Assembly: GCA_965603825.1 (NCBI GenBank)
Contig: CBFDEM010000021.1
Span: forward strand, 434,001 to 498,000
Origin: Blepharisma stoltei ATCC 30299
Taxonomy: Eukaryota > Protista > Ciliophora
Length of the DNA stretch: 64,000 nt
Reading direction: 5' to 3'
Made by a program: the position numbers and the translations under genes. Positions 12,334-25,535 of the stretch are shown in pieces. The first letter of the stretch is position 1; every line of letters begins with the position of its first letter. The notes under the pieces are model-generated. The model made no database searches. It was not told the origin of the DNA and saw only the letters and a program-made list of their open reading frames with translations.

Positions 12334-15300
12334 TTAGAAATTAATTTCTTCTTCCCAGCCTCCTTCTGCAACTCTGTCCAAGTCAATTGCTTGACAATGG
12401 GTAATTGCGTATAAGAATTTTTCCCTCATAATTTCTTTAGAAGAATATGGAGGCAAGTCCAGTTGGAAAAAGCATGTGTGGGCTACTGGCAAATAGCTGT
12501 CAGGGTTTCCAGCTTTATTTAACTGTGTCAGCTTAAATCTCTTGAAATCTCTGCCTGATGGTAGCCTAGATCTTCCCCACACAAATCTCAAGAACTGGGA
12601 TCGATCCCTAGCACTTACTTCTTTAAGGACTTCCCAGAAATATTTTACATGTGGTGCATCTGCGCTTATGTTTTCATACTCAGTTTTCCCTTTCAGAAGA
12701 TCCACATCAATATCAGCTGCTCCACAGACCATATTTTCTACTTGTTTTCAGCTGAATAAGTTCAACAGATTCAAAGGCACTACACAGCTGATCCCTTTTC
12801 TGATAGCAGTATATTGCTTTTCGCTTTCATTAAGTCTCAGCTGCTCTACTAGGACAGCGTATTCTTGGGCTCGCTGATAAGTAACTGGGATTTCTCTGCC
12901 ATCTTTGACGAGGTCAACAATTCTTCCGCTGGAGTCATGAGTGCTGAAGTTGATGTTTTCAAACGCATCTCCGAAGTTGTCAGGGGTAATGCCTTGCTCG
13001 TTAAGATTCCTTAGTATGTCAAGCATCTGTACACAGCATTCGTCGACTCCTTTCAAATCGTTTATGGTGACTTCTTCTAGCATAAGTCTCTTCCAAAATA
13101 GCGGAGGAAGGGTTAAGTTCAAGTTGTTTTGGGTTCTTATCGCAACACCCATAAGTTTGCCGAGGAATTGGAATAGGTCAAGCTGCAAAGCAGAATCTGC
13201 TATAGGGTTGATTATCCAAGAATCACGGTTCTCACCAACGCTATGAACTTTATTTTGCGTTGGCACAAAGAGAGGAAGGAATCGAGACATAAGCTCATCA
13301 CACATAGTGCTTAAAGCTTCATTATATGGTCCTCCTGCATCTGTTGACCCTTCTCCTCTGAAAACAACTTTAAAGATTCTTTCAGGATTCCTAAATGACC
13401 GCGGAGTATTTGTATTGATGACTCTATAAATTTGTCCAAATAGGCTTACCAAAGCTTGTGAGTCTACCTTTCCTAGATATTTCAGTCTCATAGCTTTAGT
13501 TCTGTCAACAGAAATTTCAGGTCTTGACTCCGTCTTTGTGCTATTCAAAACGGCATTGAACATGGAGTTTTTCATGTTGAAGAAGATGTAGCCTCTTGTG
13601 CTTAAGAAGAGCTTTTGCAGCTCATCAAGACCTTCTCTAGAGGTGGTGTTTAAGTCAAGCGAAATTAAAGGCAAAATTTTTTCTACCTGCTTGTTGAAAT
13701 AAGAAATAATCCTGAACATATCTTGGAGATCTCCAACTGAGAGATTTTCTAACAGCTGATAATGCCGCAAATCTTGAGGAGCTGGGTTGATATCTTCTAT
13801 TTCAAGCTTGCTCGGGTCTTTCCCTTTAGATATGCAGAGCTCATCGATGAACTGGACTAATTGCTCTTCAGTTGCTTTACTTATATTGCTTAAGTGCTTT
13901 TCTGTGAAAATCTTCCATTTTTCTAGCTGTTTTTCAGTTAAACATTCTATCACTCTCATTTTGTTATCTCCAGTGTAGCAAGGAGTGACCTTAAACTTAT
14001 AGCCCCATTCTTTTGCTTCTGCCCCAGGTGGGAACTCTCTTTTCATTCCCATTAAATCAATTTCTTCTGGTATTGCTGGTGTTTTATTGATGATAACTTC
14101 TTGTTTTTCTCCATCAAATGAAACTGCGAACACATAGCTCCTCTCTGCATCAATTGTCATTACTGATGTGGCCACTTCGACCATATTTTTATAGAAGGTT
14201 GTCGTGCTTTTCTCAATGTCGAAATAAATTCCTATGATATCCTTGGCTTGGAATGGCTCAATTTGACGCTCAACTCCGTTGAAAGTAGCAATCCCATTTG
14301 CCTGATAGCAAGCAGTGTTATCTCTCACAAGAGACCCATGCCTTTCAATCCCATCTGGTACAATTCCTAGCTGAATTTTATCATTCTCCTTCATCTTGTT
14401 GACCAAAATTTCTATATAATGCCTTCCTGCCTGCATCCCAAGTCCAGTGATTTGAACACTTCTGTTTTCAACTGGACCAGTAGTTTTGACCTTCCTTTGG
14501 TCTTGTGAGAAGTAAATATTTCCAGAGAGGTTGCTTGGCCTTTTCCATGCATGCATATGAGTCAGCAAATATCCACAGTTAATAGGGAAATGATAGAAAA
14601 CTTGGTCGCCATCAATAGTAAATTTCTTCTTGCTAAGCTTGCTAAACGAGGCGATGTAACTCTCTACAGAAGTGACTGTTAAATTTTGGTTGCTGCCTCC
14701 AAAACAGACAACTGGGATGACTTCATCAGCGATGTCGTTGAAAGTGTGGAGTTCTATTTCATTTTTGATGAAGGTGATTGACCTCTCTTCCATGTTAATC
14801 ATCAGCGCTATTGAGTCTCCAGACCGATACTTGGACTCAGAGTTTGTGACCTTCTCTCCTCGTCGATGGAATTCGCCTGTTGTTTTCCATGTCCAGAGAT
14901 CGTGAGAGTTGTCACTGTTAATGACTTCGTTAAGTCGGTAGTTACCATCAGCTTTGAAGATTCCGATATAGAGGTAATCAGATCGGCCGTCGTTATCAAT
15001 GTGGAAGGTGATTTTTATTTTACCTTGGGAATAGGACTCAGACCACACAGCACAGCCCCAGCCACTTGAATTTGTCCTAGTCACTGCTCTGTTGTTGTTA
15101 CTGAACTGTATATCAGGTCCTCTTGGGTCGTTTGCCCATGCTGCATCAGTAAGTGCAACGTCAGTTCCTGTCTCTATTGGTTGGAGTCCAGCCTTGTCAT
15201 AGGTGAATAATATCGCATCTTGGTTATCCAGCTTGCTTCTTTCATCAAATTCTATTTCCAAAAAGCTTGCGCCTTTCACTGAGACCTCTTTTGTGGTCGG

Positions 15301-18300
15301 CTTTTTGGAATAAGGATGTCCGGACTCTCTACTTCTCTCCAAAGAGACTTTGTTAGTGGCTCTGAACTGCTCAAACAATATAGGATACATATTTTCATCT
15401 CTGTTGCAGAATCCTTTCATTATTGCAAACGCGTCGCAAATCTCATGGAACCATCTTTCATCAAGATTAATGTGGTACTTCGCCTTCAGCTCAGTGATCA
15501 AACTAACCAGTTTCTGCAAGAGTTCAGAACTTCCTTTATTGCTTTTCTCGAAATGGTACAGAGATCGAGTCTCCTCAGTTATCAAATCAACAACTCTTTG
15601 CAAGGCGGGGAACGACTCAGACTGCTTTTTAAGCAGGCCTTGAAGAATCCTCACCCCTCGTTCTTGCTTATTAGGATCTTTGATGGAGTGGATAAAGATT
15701 GTGAGAGGGTTGATAAGCTCTTTTTGTAAAAATCTATGACATTCAAAAGGAACTGCTTTTTGGCCCAAAATCAATTTTTCTAGAATCCATAGAGCATGCT
15801 CGATACTCATGCGTTTCAGCAGAGGATCATTGGAATTTGAATTTGCTGGCTCAACTGGGATGACTCGGAATTTATAGCCCCATTCCACACAGGAGGAGTC
15901 TGAGTAGAAGTACAAGAAAATAGTGTCGCCTTCTACTTCAAAGTCGGGGAAACTTCTGCCAGAGTACTCACAAATCTGCCCAACATGATTTGGCTGTCTA
16001 AAGAATCTCAGAATATCGCAGCCAGATTCTGTATGACACTGCTGATCAAACTCTATTCTTAGTCCTGCAGCTCCAGGGATCGTAATAGTTTGGTCGTGCC
16101 TCATGTTATTTTCATAAGGATGCCCTGACTCGATAAGAAGTTCGCTCAATTTCCCAGTCGGTGCTGAACATGTGGATGCTAGAATCAGCTGCAAAATGCA
16201 CTCGTGAAGTAAAATTCTTGCCATACTAACAGCATACGGGCCTTGTAATACTTTTAAGATTGTAGATTCCAAAATAGAAATATTATCTTTCAATAAGTTA
16301 TAAAGCAGTGCGAAATTTTCAGGATTTTTGCATACTAAGTAAGGCAAGGTTGAAGGCAAAACTTGAATTATTTGTAAGAAAAATGTCTTCATTGCTAAAT
16401 TTCTTCCAACTTCATCAAGATGCTTTACATGTGCAAGCAGCTCAATCACAGAATATTGGTTATAGTTTGCAAGCTCTTCTTCGATCTTCTTCATTTTTTC
16501 TGCGTTTGCTTCAGGAGAAACATTTTCAAGGACATCTACAAGTCCATGCTCAGAGAGGTTGACTTTTGAGTATATAAGAGGAGTTACAGGATACCCTAAT
16601 AAAGCTGATGTCTTGCAATAGGCAATGAACACAAAGAACTCGCAAGAATCCTGGGCGATGTTCACGGCTTTGTTTTCGTAGTGAACCACTTCAAACCCTG
16701 GCGGCACTGCAACTTGGTTAGGGTTTTTTGAAGCGAGCATCATAATTCTGGTCAATGGCTGCCTCGTTCCTAATTTCGCTCTTGCTAATTTTGTGGCCCA
16801 AACTCTGTTTTCAATATCTCCTTCCTGGTTTTTTGTGAGATTCCCTATTTCTGTATCTTCTTTATGGCTTTCTGGAGTTCCTCCAATAGAAATAGAGGTG
16901 ATCATATTCCCAGGTGGTGCAGATCCATAGTGCTGCTTATAGCATAAGATTTTCCTATTTTCAAGCTGAACTGTGTCTGTGATGTCTTGCCCATCCATAT
17001 ATACACTAACCCTCAGGTATCCTTCTTCTATATCTTCTACAGAGTCTACCATTGCGATTTCTACTATTGGTGGGTCTATATTAGTTTCTAGCTGGTCTTG
17101 CCACATAAATGATGCGTTTTGATCTAACAGCACTTCTAATGCTTTGTCAAAGCTAACATATCGGCTCGCGAGTTCTTCACATAGCTCTGAAGGTGCACCA
17201 GTTGTGCGCAGTCTTAAAGCTGTCTGGTTTTGCTCTTTAGGCTTCAAGTCTACAAACCTTTTTGCGTTTTTTTCCTCTGCAGGCTTCTGCGAATCTTTTG
17301 TTTTTTCTTCTTCCCAATAGTTAAGAGTGCCCATGAAGTGGCCTTGACAGATAGCAAAACCTTTAAGGACTACAGACTCTCCTAAAACTAAAAATATTCC
17401 GAAGTCACCAATAGCAAGGCCATCATACACTGTGAGTTCAGAGCAGGTGTGCTTGAACTCTTCTGTCTCATTTTGAATTGTAATGGTTCCATTGAAATTG
17501 GCAAAAATCCTGAAGGAATAGTTAGAGCTTTTAGAAATTGTTGCAACAATTTCAGTTCCTATCATAACTAAAGCAACCTCTTGAGAGGAGTCTACAGAAA
17601 TTTGAAGATTTCCGATGCTCAGCCCAATTATTCCTGAAATATTTTCTGTCTTGTACCCAATGGTCGCTAGGAAGGTGATTTCTGGGCAAAACTCATTCAA
17701 GTGTCGAAAAACGTTGGCTTCGAAGTGTTTTTTAATCGCTTTTTGCTCGTCTAAAGGAATTCTGCATGTGATTGACATATGCCCACTTGCTGACTCATCA
17801 AAATGTGCAATCCCTGAGTGATCAGTGATCTGGCAAGTGATGCTTTCCTCTTTCCTCAGTTTATAAATATAGCTGACCCCCTGTACCTGAACTGGCTCCA
17901 CTTGTTTATGCTCTTCTTGCTCTTTCTTTTCCGTGATCCAAGCTGCGATTTCTTCTACATCTTTGAGTTTGGCATTCATAGCCGCTTGGATAGCTCTGAA
18001 ATTGAACCCCATTGACTTCAGGCTGACCACAATGATCTGCTGTTCTTCATTCATGGCTGCGATGATTTTCATTTCTTCCTCTTCTGACATGTATTTGAAC
18101 TCTTCCTCTTCTTTTTCTTCGCTGATTTCTATTTCTACAGTGTCGTTCTTCTTAAGGTTTTCTATTTTTCCTTGCTTCAATTTGGAATATAAGAGCATCC
18201 TGATGGTTCTGTATCTTAGGCTGTTTTCTATAACATCACCATCTTCGTTGCTGATGACGCGGCTAAAGACGGACTCTACCATTTGATTAGCTTCTTCTTC

Positions 18301-21300
18301 AGTGTATTGGACCTTGTGGGAGGTTAAGGAAGAAAGTGTTTGATATATCAAGCACTCGAGCTGGCGCCAGATGGCTCTGATTGAGTGGAGTTTTTCGACA
18401 TCATCGACAATAGGGACTTTGTCTTTTTCTTTTATGAAAACAATCAATTTGTTAAGCATTTTGAAGAGATTTTGGGATTCAGCTGAGGTCATTGATGAAA
18501 ATAGGTTTGGTCTGATTAAAGAAATCATTTGGTCGAGATGGTTCATGCTTTCATCATGGATGGCGTCATCTTCTTCAGAGTATATCTGCATAACTCGTGT
18601 TTTTTTGTTCAGACTGATTATATGTCCTTGAGGCAAAGATCCTCCTTTTAAGGTGACATAGCTCCATTCTTGCAAGTGTTTGTCTAAAGGCGAATAATTT
18701 GATGAGCACATTGTTAAAAAGCTTAAAGAGCCTAGGCCTAAATCATATGAAAAAACATAGTTATTTTGCTCCAAGTTTGTGAGCATGTTTTCAATAGAAG
18801 TCAAAATTGCAGTGAGCACTTCTTGCTTCCATTTATTTCTCATGCACACTGCTTTCAAGAACTCTGATGCTTCATTACTCCAAATGCCTAGCTTGCTAAG
18901 GTTGGGTATAAACTCTTTGTCAGACTTAATATGATAAGAATTCCTCATTCCCACAAATGCTAGAAAAGTACTCAGCCAGTCATCCCTGATTTCTGGACTC
19001 AGATACTTGTCCATGAATTCTTTAGGAATCGACTGCCAAATCTGAGAAAACAATTGCGGAGTCAGCTGGGAAGGAACAATGCTCCTAATAATCCTGAACG
19101 CGATGACAATAATAGTTTCTGAGGCCCCAAAGAGCATATGACGCAAAATTCCTTCAATGTACTCTGGCTTAGCTAGCACCTTTGTCATTCCATCTGAGCA
19201 GCAAGTCTGGTATAGGACCCATAGCAAAGAAGCAATATAGTCATTTAAGCTTGAGTCAACTTTTTGAGGGTTCAGCATTTCTTCCACTGAAGCTGGCAGG
19301 TCATCGGTATTTGGCAATGCTTGATGGAGCTCAGAATAATAGTCTCCGAATTTATTTGGGTAGTTATAAATGGCATTAAGCATTAAAAAGAAGTCAAGGT
19401 CTTTGGAAGGATTTATGAATTCTGAAGGAGTATTCGGAAGGATTTTATCAGGATGAACAATTCCTGGCTTTTCAGGATCTGAAGAATTCTCGAACAGCTC
19501 AAGATAGTTAAGTATTGAATTCTGTGAAATCGGGTTGATTTCACGCTTCAAATGAGCAATCAAGTTCGGTACCTCAAAGCTAACTTCTTCCATGGCCGTA
19601 TAGAAATCCCTGGGAATCGTATTCATTAGTTTATGCTTGTAGATTTCGTCATATTCATCATCGCCGTATTCCTGGGCAACTTCATAGTTTTCTTTGATAA
19701 TAAAATTTAGATAGCAAAAGAAGTCAATCTGTCCAAGACTATTTTTTAGTCTCTGCTCTTCTCTTAATTCCTCAGCGATATCTGCAGTTTTCAACTCTTC
19801 TATAGTCAAAATTCCTTTCATTGCTGGGTCAATTTTCAAGAACCAGTTCTCTACAAATGCAATAGGGGATTCTACACCAGCAAGCTCAGAAATATCTGAA
19901 GGATACAGATGCTTGAAGGTTTCTCTGAACTGGGTGACCCATTCTATCATGGGATTTCTGTGAGGCTTTGCTTTAGAAACTTCTCCTTGCATTCAGAGTT
20001 CTCCTGAACTGACTCTTTTCAATCTCAGTTTCGCGACATCCCGTGGTGCCATGTCAACTCTTTCTTTTGTCCTTATCCATGAGGCCTCACCAAGTAGTAG
20101 TTCAGCAAACATTGTCTGCAACTTGAATTTTTTGACCTCAGATAAGGTTTCTTGCATATACTTGTGTTCAGGCTTTCCAGCACATGTATAAACGAGATGC
20201 TTAAACAGAATCCATGCTGCTTGTCTTAAAAATTGTTTTCGTTCGTTTCTTTTAGCAGTCTCTGTAGCATCTTGCTCTTTGACTAAAAATCTGCTATATG
20301 GGATAAAGATTGGCCTCAGCACAATAGGGTTGTCTTCAATGACTTCAAGCTTTGATAAAATGCTGATATTTTCTTTCGGGTCTGATCTTTTCACAAACAG
20401 GAATAAATTTTCACCTTGCTCATTGATATTGCCTTCAATTAACTCAAAGCCTTCTTCTTCACACATTGTCCCAATAAAAATCTGCACAATTGGCTTTTTA
20501 TTTGCTTCTCCTCTTATTACTTCTAAACACAATTTTTGAGTGACTTCTGACTCTTGTCCGAACTCTCCTTCCAGCCTATTCACGGTGCTTAATGAAAAAC
20601 ACTCAGCGTTTTCAGGCTGGTTTTCTTGAAATTCCTCTTCATTGTGAACTTTAAGACTTGTAATGCAGTTTGCAGGATCAAATTTATAAGAGACATATTC
20701 ATTGATTTTTTGACCCTTAGACCACGTCAGCAGGAAAGATAAGCTTTCATGAAGCTTCAGGTCGAGCAGTTTGTAGGAGTCAATATCTTCAAATGGGAAA
20801 CTTAAAGCTTCAAAAGTCTTTAGATACATATGAGAAGCCTCTTGACCTGTACAATCCAGCTCTTTTACTTCTGATATCCTTAAATGATTTAATAACAGCT
20901 GATACATCAAGAAAAACGATCTTTGCACACATTTTTGCAGCTGACTATCTACGCCTTCGAGATCTTTCAAATAATGCTTTTTTTTGCTTGAGCCATTAAC
21001 TCTAAAAGCTTCAGAAAACATCCTAACGATTTGCCCTTTTAGTGCTTTGTGGCTCCTAGATGAAATCTTGAACATATGCATAAGATAATTAATCCCAATA
21101 GTTCTTGCCATTGCTTGATTTCTTTTTTTATCAACCTCACTAAAGTACTTCGTAAGTTCAGTCTTATTTTCTAGGAACTCAAAAATCAAGGCATTTACTT
21201 TGTTGAACTCTTTCTTTTCATCATCTTGGTCTGCAGAATTGGATCTTCCAGGCCCTACTATTTTTAGAAGATTCCTAAGTCTATTGACAGATTCCGCGGC

Positions 21301-24300
21301 TTGCTTTACTGATTTCCATTTATTTCCTTCTCTAAACTTGGCTTCTGGTCCTTTGCTTCCTGATATAATAGTGTCTGTCGTTTGCGCTCTTGCGTACGAT
21401 GGAAAAGTGTTGACTGTAATTCTGTGGATTCCTAGCTCATTTAGAGCTTGCTTAAATTCACAGTGTATAAGGATGACGCATCTCTTTATAATGTCTTTTA
21501 TTATTGAAGAGTAATCCACTTCTGCATTATTGTCCATTAGTTCTTGCTTTTGCTGCTGAGCCCATTTTCTGATTTGGCAAGCTTGCCTAATAAGTCCTTT
21601 TAAGGTGGAGTCGCTGACTTCTTTAGGAGACTCGATTAGGCTTCCTAGCACGTCAACAAAATCAAAGAAGCTGCTGTAAACAGCAAAAAGAGCACGCTCA
21701 GCTTGATCCATTTGAACTCCTCCTACAAGAGTATGAGGGCCGACTGCTCCAGCTTCTTTTTTCATGATGCTCCAAGCTTGATTCACTCTGTCACTACCAG
21801 CTATCCATTCTTCTAATATCAAATTTTCTGAATATTGTGCGAGACTTGCAGCACTTGCTGTATAATTTGCAATGTAGCCTGCTAGCGTGAGTGCTTGATT
21901 AGGTTCAGCTGGCTTAAAGCCTGGCAAAGAGCTTTTTCTATCATTCATGCTGCCTTTTCTGAAGCTTAAAGACCCAGAATCAGCGCCAGGAATGATTACT
22001 AAATTAACCAAATTTTCATCCAACTTTGGCTTTAATGACGGTAAAACCATTTTTTGGCACTTGTCTTGAATTCCATACTTAAACAAAGGATTTTTCAATA
22101 CTTCCAGTTCTTCATCGTTTTCGTCGCCCATAATAAGCTTTTTACTAAATAGCACAATCAAGAAATTGGCAGCAACTCTTAAATGGTGAGTTCATGGGAT
22201 AAAGACTTGGTCTGTTTCTGCCTCAACTTCGATATCTATTTTCCAGCCATATAGATCATTTGCTTCATTTGAGGTAAAATTGAAGAAAAGACTTGGACTG
22301 TCCACTGTAAATGGCTGGTGTGGGAAATTGTTACCATCCCATTTTCCAATTAAATTAGTTTTATTTTCATCAGTAAAAAGCTCCAAAGTATTAACTTCAG
22401 GTCTAATATTGCATTGGCTGTCAAATTTTAAGGAGTATTTTATAGCATTGGGTACTTTTATTAGCTTGGCTTCTGATGCATTTGTGCAAGGGTGGTTGCT
22501 TTCATATACTTGAGATTGAACTGCTGTTTTTTTCTTGGCCCGGCTTGGATCTTTTACACCTATGGAGTTCATGGTATTGATAATGTTCATTAATGGCTGA
22601 ATTAGCAATGATAACGACTCTGTTGTAGTCTGTGATAAGCACAGGGCCAGCAATAAATTGGTGACCAAACTTTCTAATATAGTCTTGCGACCTCTTTCTT
22701 CTGCATTAGGCTCCATCACTTTTAGTCTGTCAACAAGCTGCTGTGTAGTGTTAAACAGCTTTTGAGTATATTTAATTAATAACACCTGCCATTGGCCTTT
22801 GAAATCATCTCTTGCGGCTTTGGAAAGTAGCACTTTTTGGGCTGAATGCAAAAATTTCAAATAGTAGCTGCTATCTTGTGAAGGATTTCCTGATAAGGAT
22901 AAGTGTGACTGTTCTCCACAGATGTCCAGCAATAACTCCAATAATTTTTCTACCTTTTCGGCAGTTTCTGGGACTTCTAAAGAAAAGGCGGCTGATAGAT
23001 TAACAGGGATGCTCATCTTGTCAAATACTAGTTTCTGGATGTTCAAGTGGATGTCGTGAAGTTTTTTCTTTGCTTTTGTGTCTTCTAAGCTTTTATTGAT
23101 GTAGTCTAGTTTTGCTACTTGTGTAGGATAGAACACTTCAAAGCCATGAATAAGTGTTAGAGATGATTCTTTTTTGAGCGCATTAAGAGCATCGAGGTCT
23201 TCTTTGGTTTGATACTCTCCTCCAAAATTAGTGACTTCTAGCTCCAAAAAGTCTTGTAAAAGACCATACAAGATTTCTCTCAGTTCGTGAGTGATTCCAG
23301 TTTCTTCGTCTTTAAGCTGTAAAAATAAAACCGTAAACAAGTGAGATCTTATTAGGCGAAGAAGGCAAACTCCAGCCCAGGCACACAGATGGAAATCCAT
23401 TTTTTTCCAAACTTGTTCTTTAAGGAGCTGAAGAATGAATTTCAGCATTGATGTGAGCATATGAAAGACTTCAGGCTTTATTTCTAAGCACAATGGCTGC
23501 TGCTTGCTCAGCTTTGCTTTGATAGGCTCGGAAGAAGGTTTCTCATTTAACTTAAACACTTCAAAATAGGCTTCATTTAATTTATCCAGACATGCGAGCA
23601 GAAAAACTGACAATTCTTGAGCTGTTAATTTTGTAACATCAGCTTTTCCTTCAGCGATAATCCTGAATCTGCTGGACTTTAGAATGTCCCTTGGTCGAAT
23701 AGGGAAAATTTGGACTTCTTCTCCTTGTTTTTCGTCCTCTTCTTCGTTGTCTTTTTTTTCTTCTTCTTTGTGTGGGACTAAGTGTGACCCGATTGCATCT
23801 TGAGCTTCATCAGGGATTTCAGGCTCATTTAAGACTGTGACAAATTGATTGGAACCTCCAAAGCATGCTAGCAAATAAACTTCATCTGGCAAAGGCCCGA
23901 AAGGCGGTTTATTTTGTTTTTTCCCGTTTAAGAAGAAAGTGATATTTTTATCCTCCATGTTAATCAAAATCCCAATTCTATCGCCTTCTCCAAATCTAAA
24001 CACGTTTCCAGATCCTCTGTCATTCATATAAGCATCTCCATCCGCCTGGAGAGTATAGCAGTGCGCTCCAGAGCTTTTGCTTGTGAAGTTATTAAACTGA
24101 GCGCCTGCAACCCCCAGAAGCAAGCAAGAGGAGTTGTTTCTATCTATTTTGTATTCGTAGTAATGTATTCCTGAGGTCAAGCTTTGCTCTGAAAGCTGGC
24201 AGCCCCAGCCACTTGAATCTGTTCTAGTCACTGATAAATTTTCATTACTAAGAGCAATATCTGGGCCTAATTTGCTAGGGTTCCAATTCATTAGTGTTTT

Positions 24301-25200
24301 TCTGCCGATTCCAGAACCTTCAAGATCTGATAGATTTTTAAGCAATGGCATCATCATAGAGCAAGCATTAGAAAAAGCTGGTGACTGATCAAGCTCTAAA
24401 AACTTCTGTGCCACCGCCAGTGCACTTGATAAGTCTCCTTTTGACAGCGCCATTCCAAAGAGCGGTGCAAGTGCCAATACAGAATCTGTTTCCGTCGCGC
24501 CTGCCGCACTACCTTTAAGGACGCCTTCTAAAAACATTTTGACCGTATCAAGACCTTTCAAAATCCCTCCATCATCAATATTCAGTGAAAGTGGAGTCAG
24601 CTGTATCAAAATCCCAGTTATCGAATTCATGACCAGTCCAAAAATTTCATGATTTGTCGTTCCCACAACCCTCACCAAATTAATCAAAGTTTCAACTCCA
24701 AACTGCAGGCCAATCTGTGCTGGAACTGGGAGCTCTTTTTTCTTCTTTTTTTGCTTTTCCTCTGAACTCTGTGAGGATTTCATGAGTCTTCTTCTTTCAC
24801 GCTCTTCTTGTCTGATAAGACCTTCTTGCACTCGGCAAAGAGACTGGAGCTTTGTGCAGATGTCCTTGAAATCAGGATCATCTTCTTTGGATAGAAGCGA
24901 AAAAATTTCTGATTGAAGAGCGCTGCGGAGGTCTTCGTGCTTGTCAAAAACACGGTTTTCTTGAGCGTGAACAAAGGCGAATTTCACTTCTTCTAGCTTT
25001 GTGTCGGCTGATGGAGCCTGACGGGGTTTGAGCACGGGAATTTCGTAGTTTGAGAGATCTTTAAGGGTGCTCAAGTAATTTGGCTGATATAACTCATCGA
25101 CTATTAAGGCTACTTCGTCGTCTTCTCTGGAGCTTTTGGAAAGCTCGCTCTCTGTCAAACCTTTGACTCGTTCGCATAATGCTGAGCCTGTATTACCCAT
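12334..25200 (-). CDS. Giant HECT E3 ubiquitin ligase (4288 aa): 3 SPRY, CUB-like, MABP-like, UBA and HECT domains
   Basis: Four ORFs in one frame joined by TGA at 22192, 19993 and 12748; HECT motifs FRGEGSTDAGGPY, LFSWKQVENMVCG, FLRFVWGRSRLP, LPVAHTCFFQLDLPPY; MGNT N-terminus. Confidence 0.93.
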
Positions 25201-25242
25201 TATTATTTATAAAGCTGTGGATGCAGCAATTTTAAGAGCATG

Positions 25243-25257
25243 AATTATGCAATGGCC
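25243..25257 (-). promoter_or_regulatory. Candidate shared upstream motif GGCCATTGCATAATT
   Basis: Identical 15-mer at 48518-48532; both copies lie upstream of minus-strand ATGs; variant at 58812-58822. Confidence 0.35.
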
Positions 25258-25535
25258 GAATAAATCAGGAATTTAGCTTTATTTCAAGTAGTCCGACATT
25301 TTGTAGTAGATTCTACAGAAAATCAGAATGGTTAATGTCTATAATAAGAGACATTTCTCAAAAGCATTAACTTTTATAACAATAAAATTGATTTTTTCAG
25401 GCTTGCTTAAATTAATTATGAAAATGAGGAAGCTCAAGTTTTTTTTTCGGATTTTTCATTAAATAGTTAAGAATATTAGTTATTCAGAATGGATTTGCAA
25501 ATTTAGTAAACCATCTTTATGATGATATCAAGTAA

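Noticed and set aside
12334-25200. ORF-track fragments as separate genes or nonsense pseudogenes
   Set aside because: The fragments are in frame and joined by TGA, at conserved Trp sites where checkable; the same applies throughout the window
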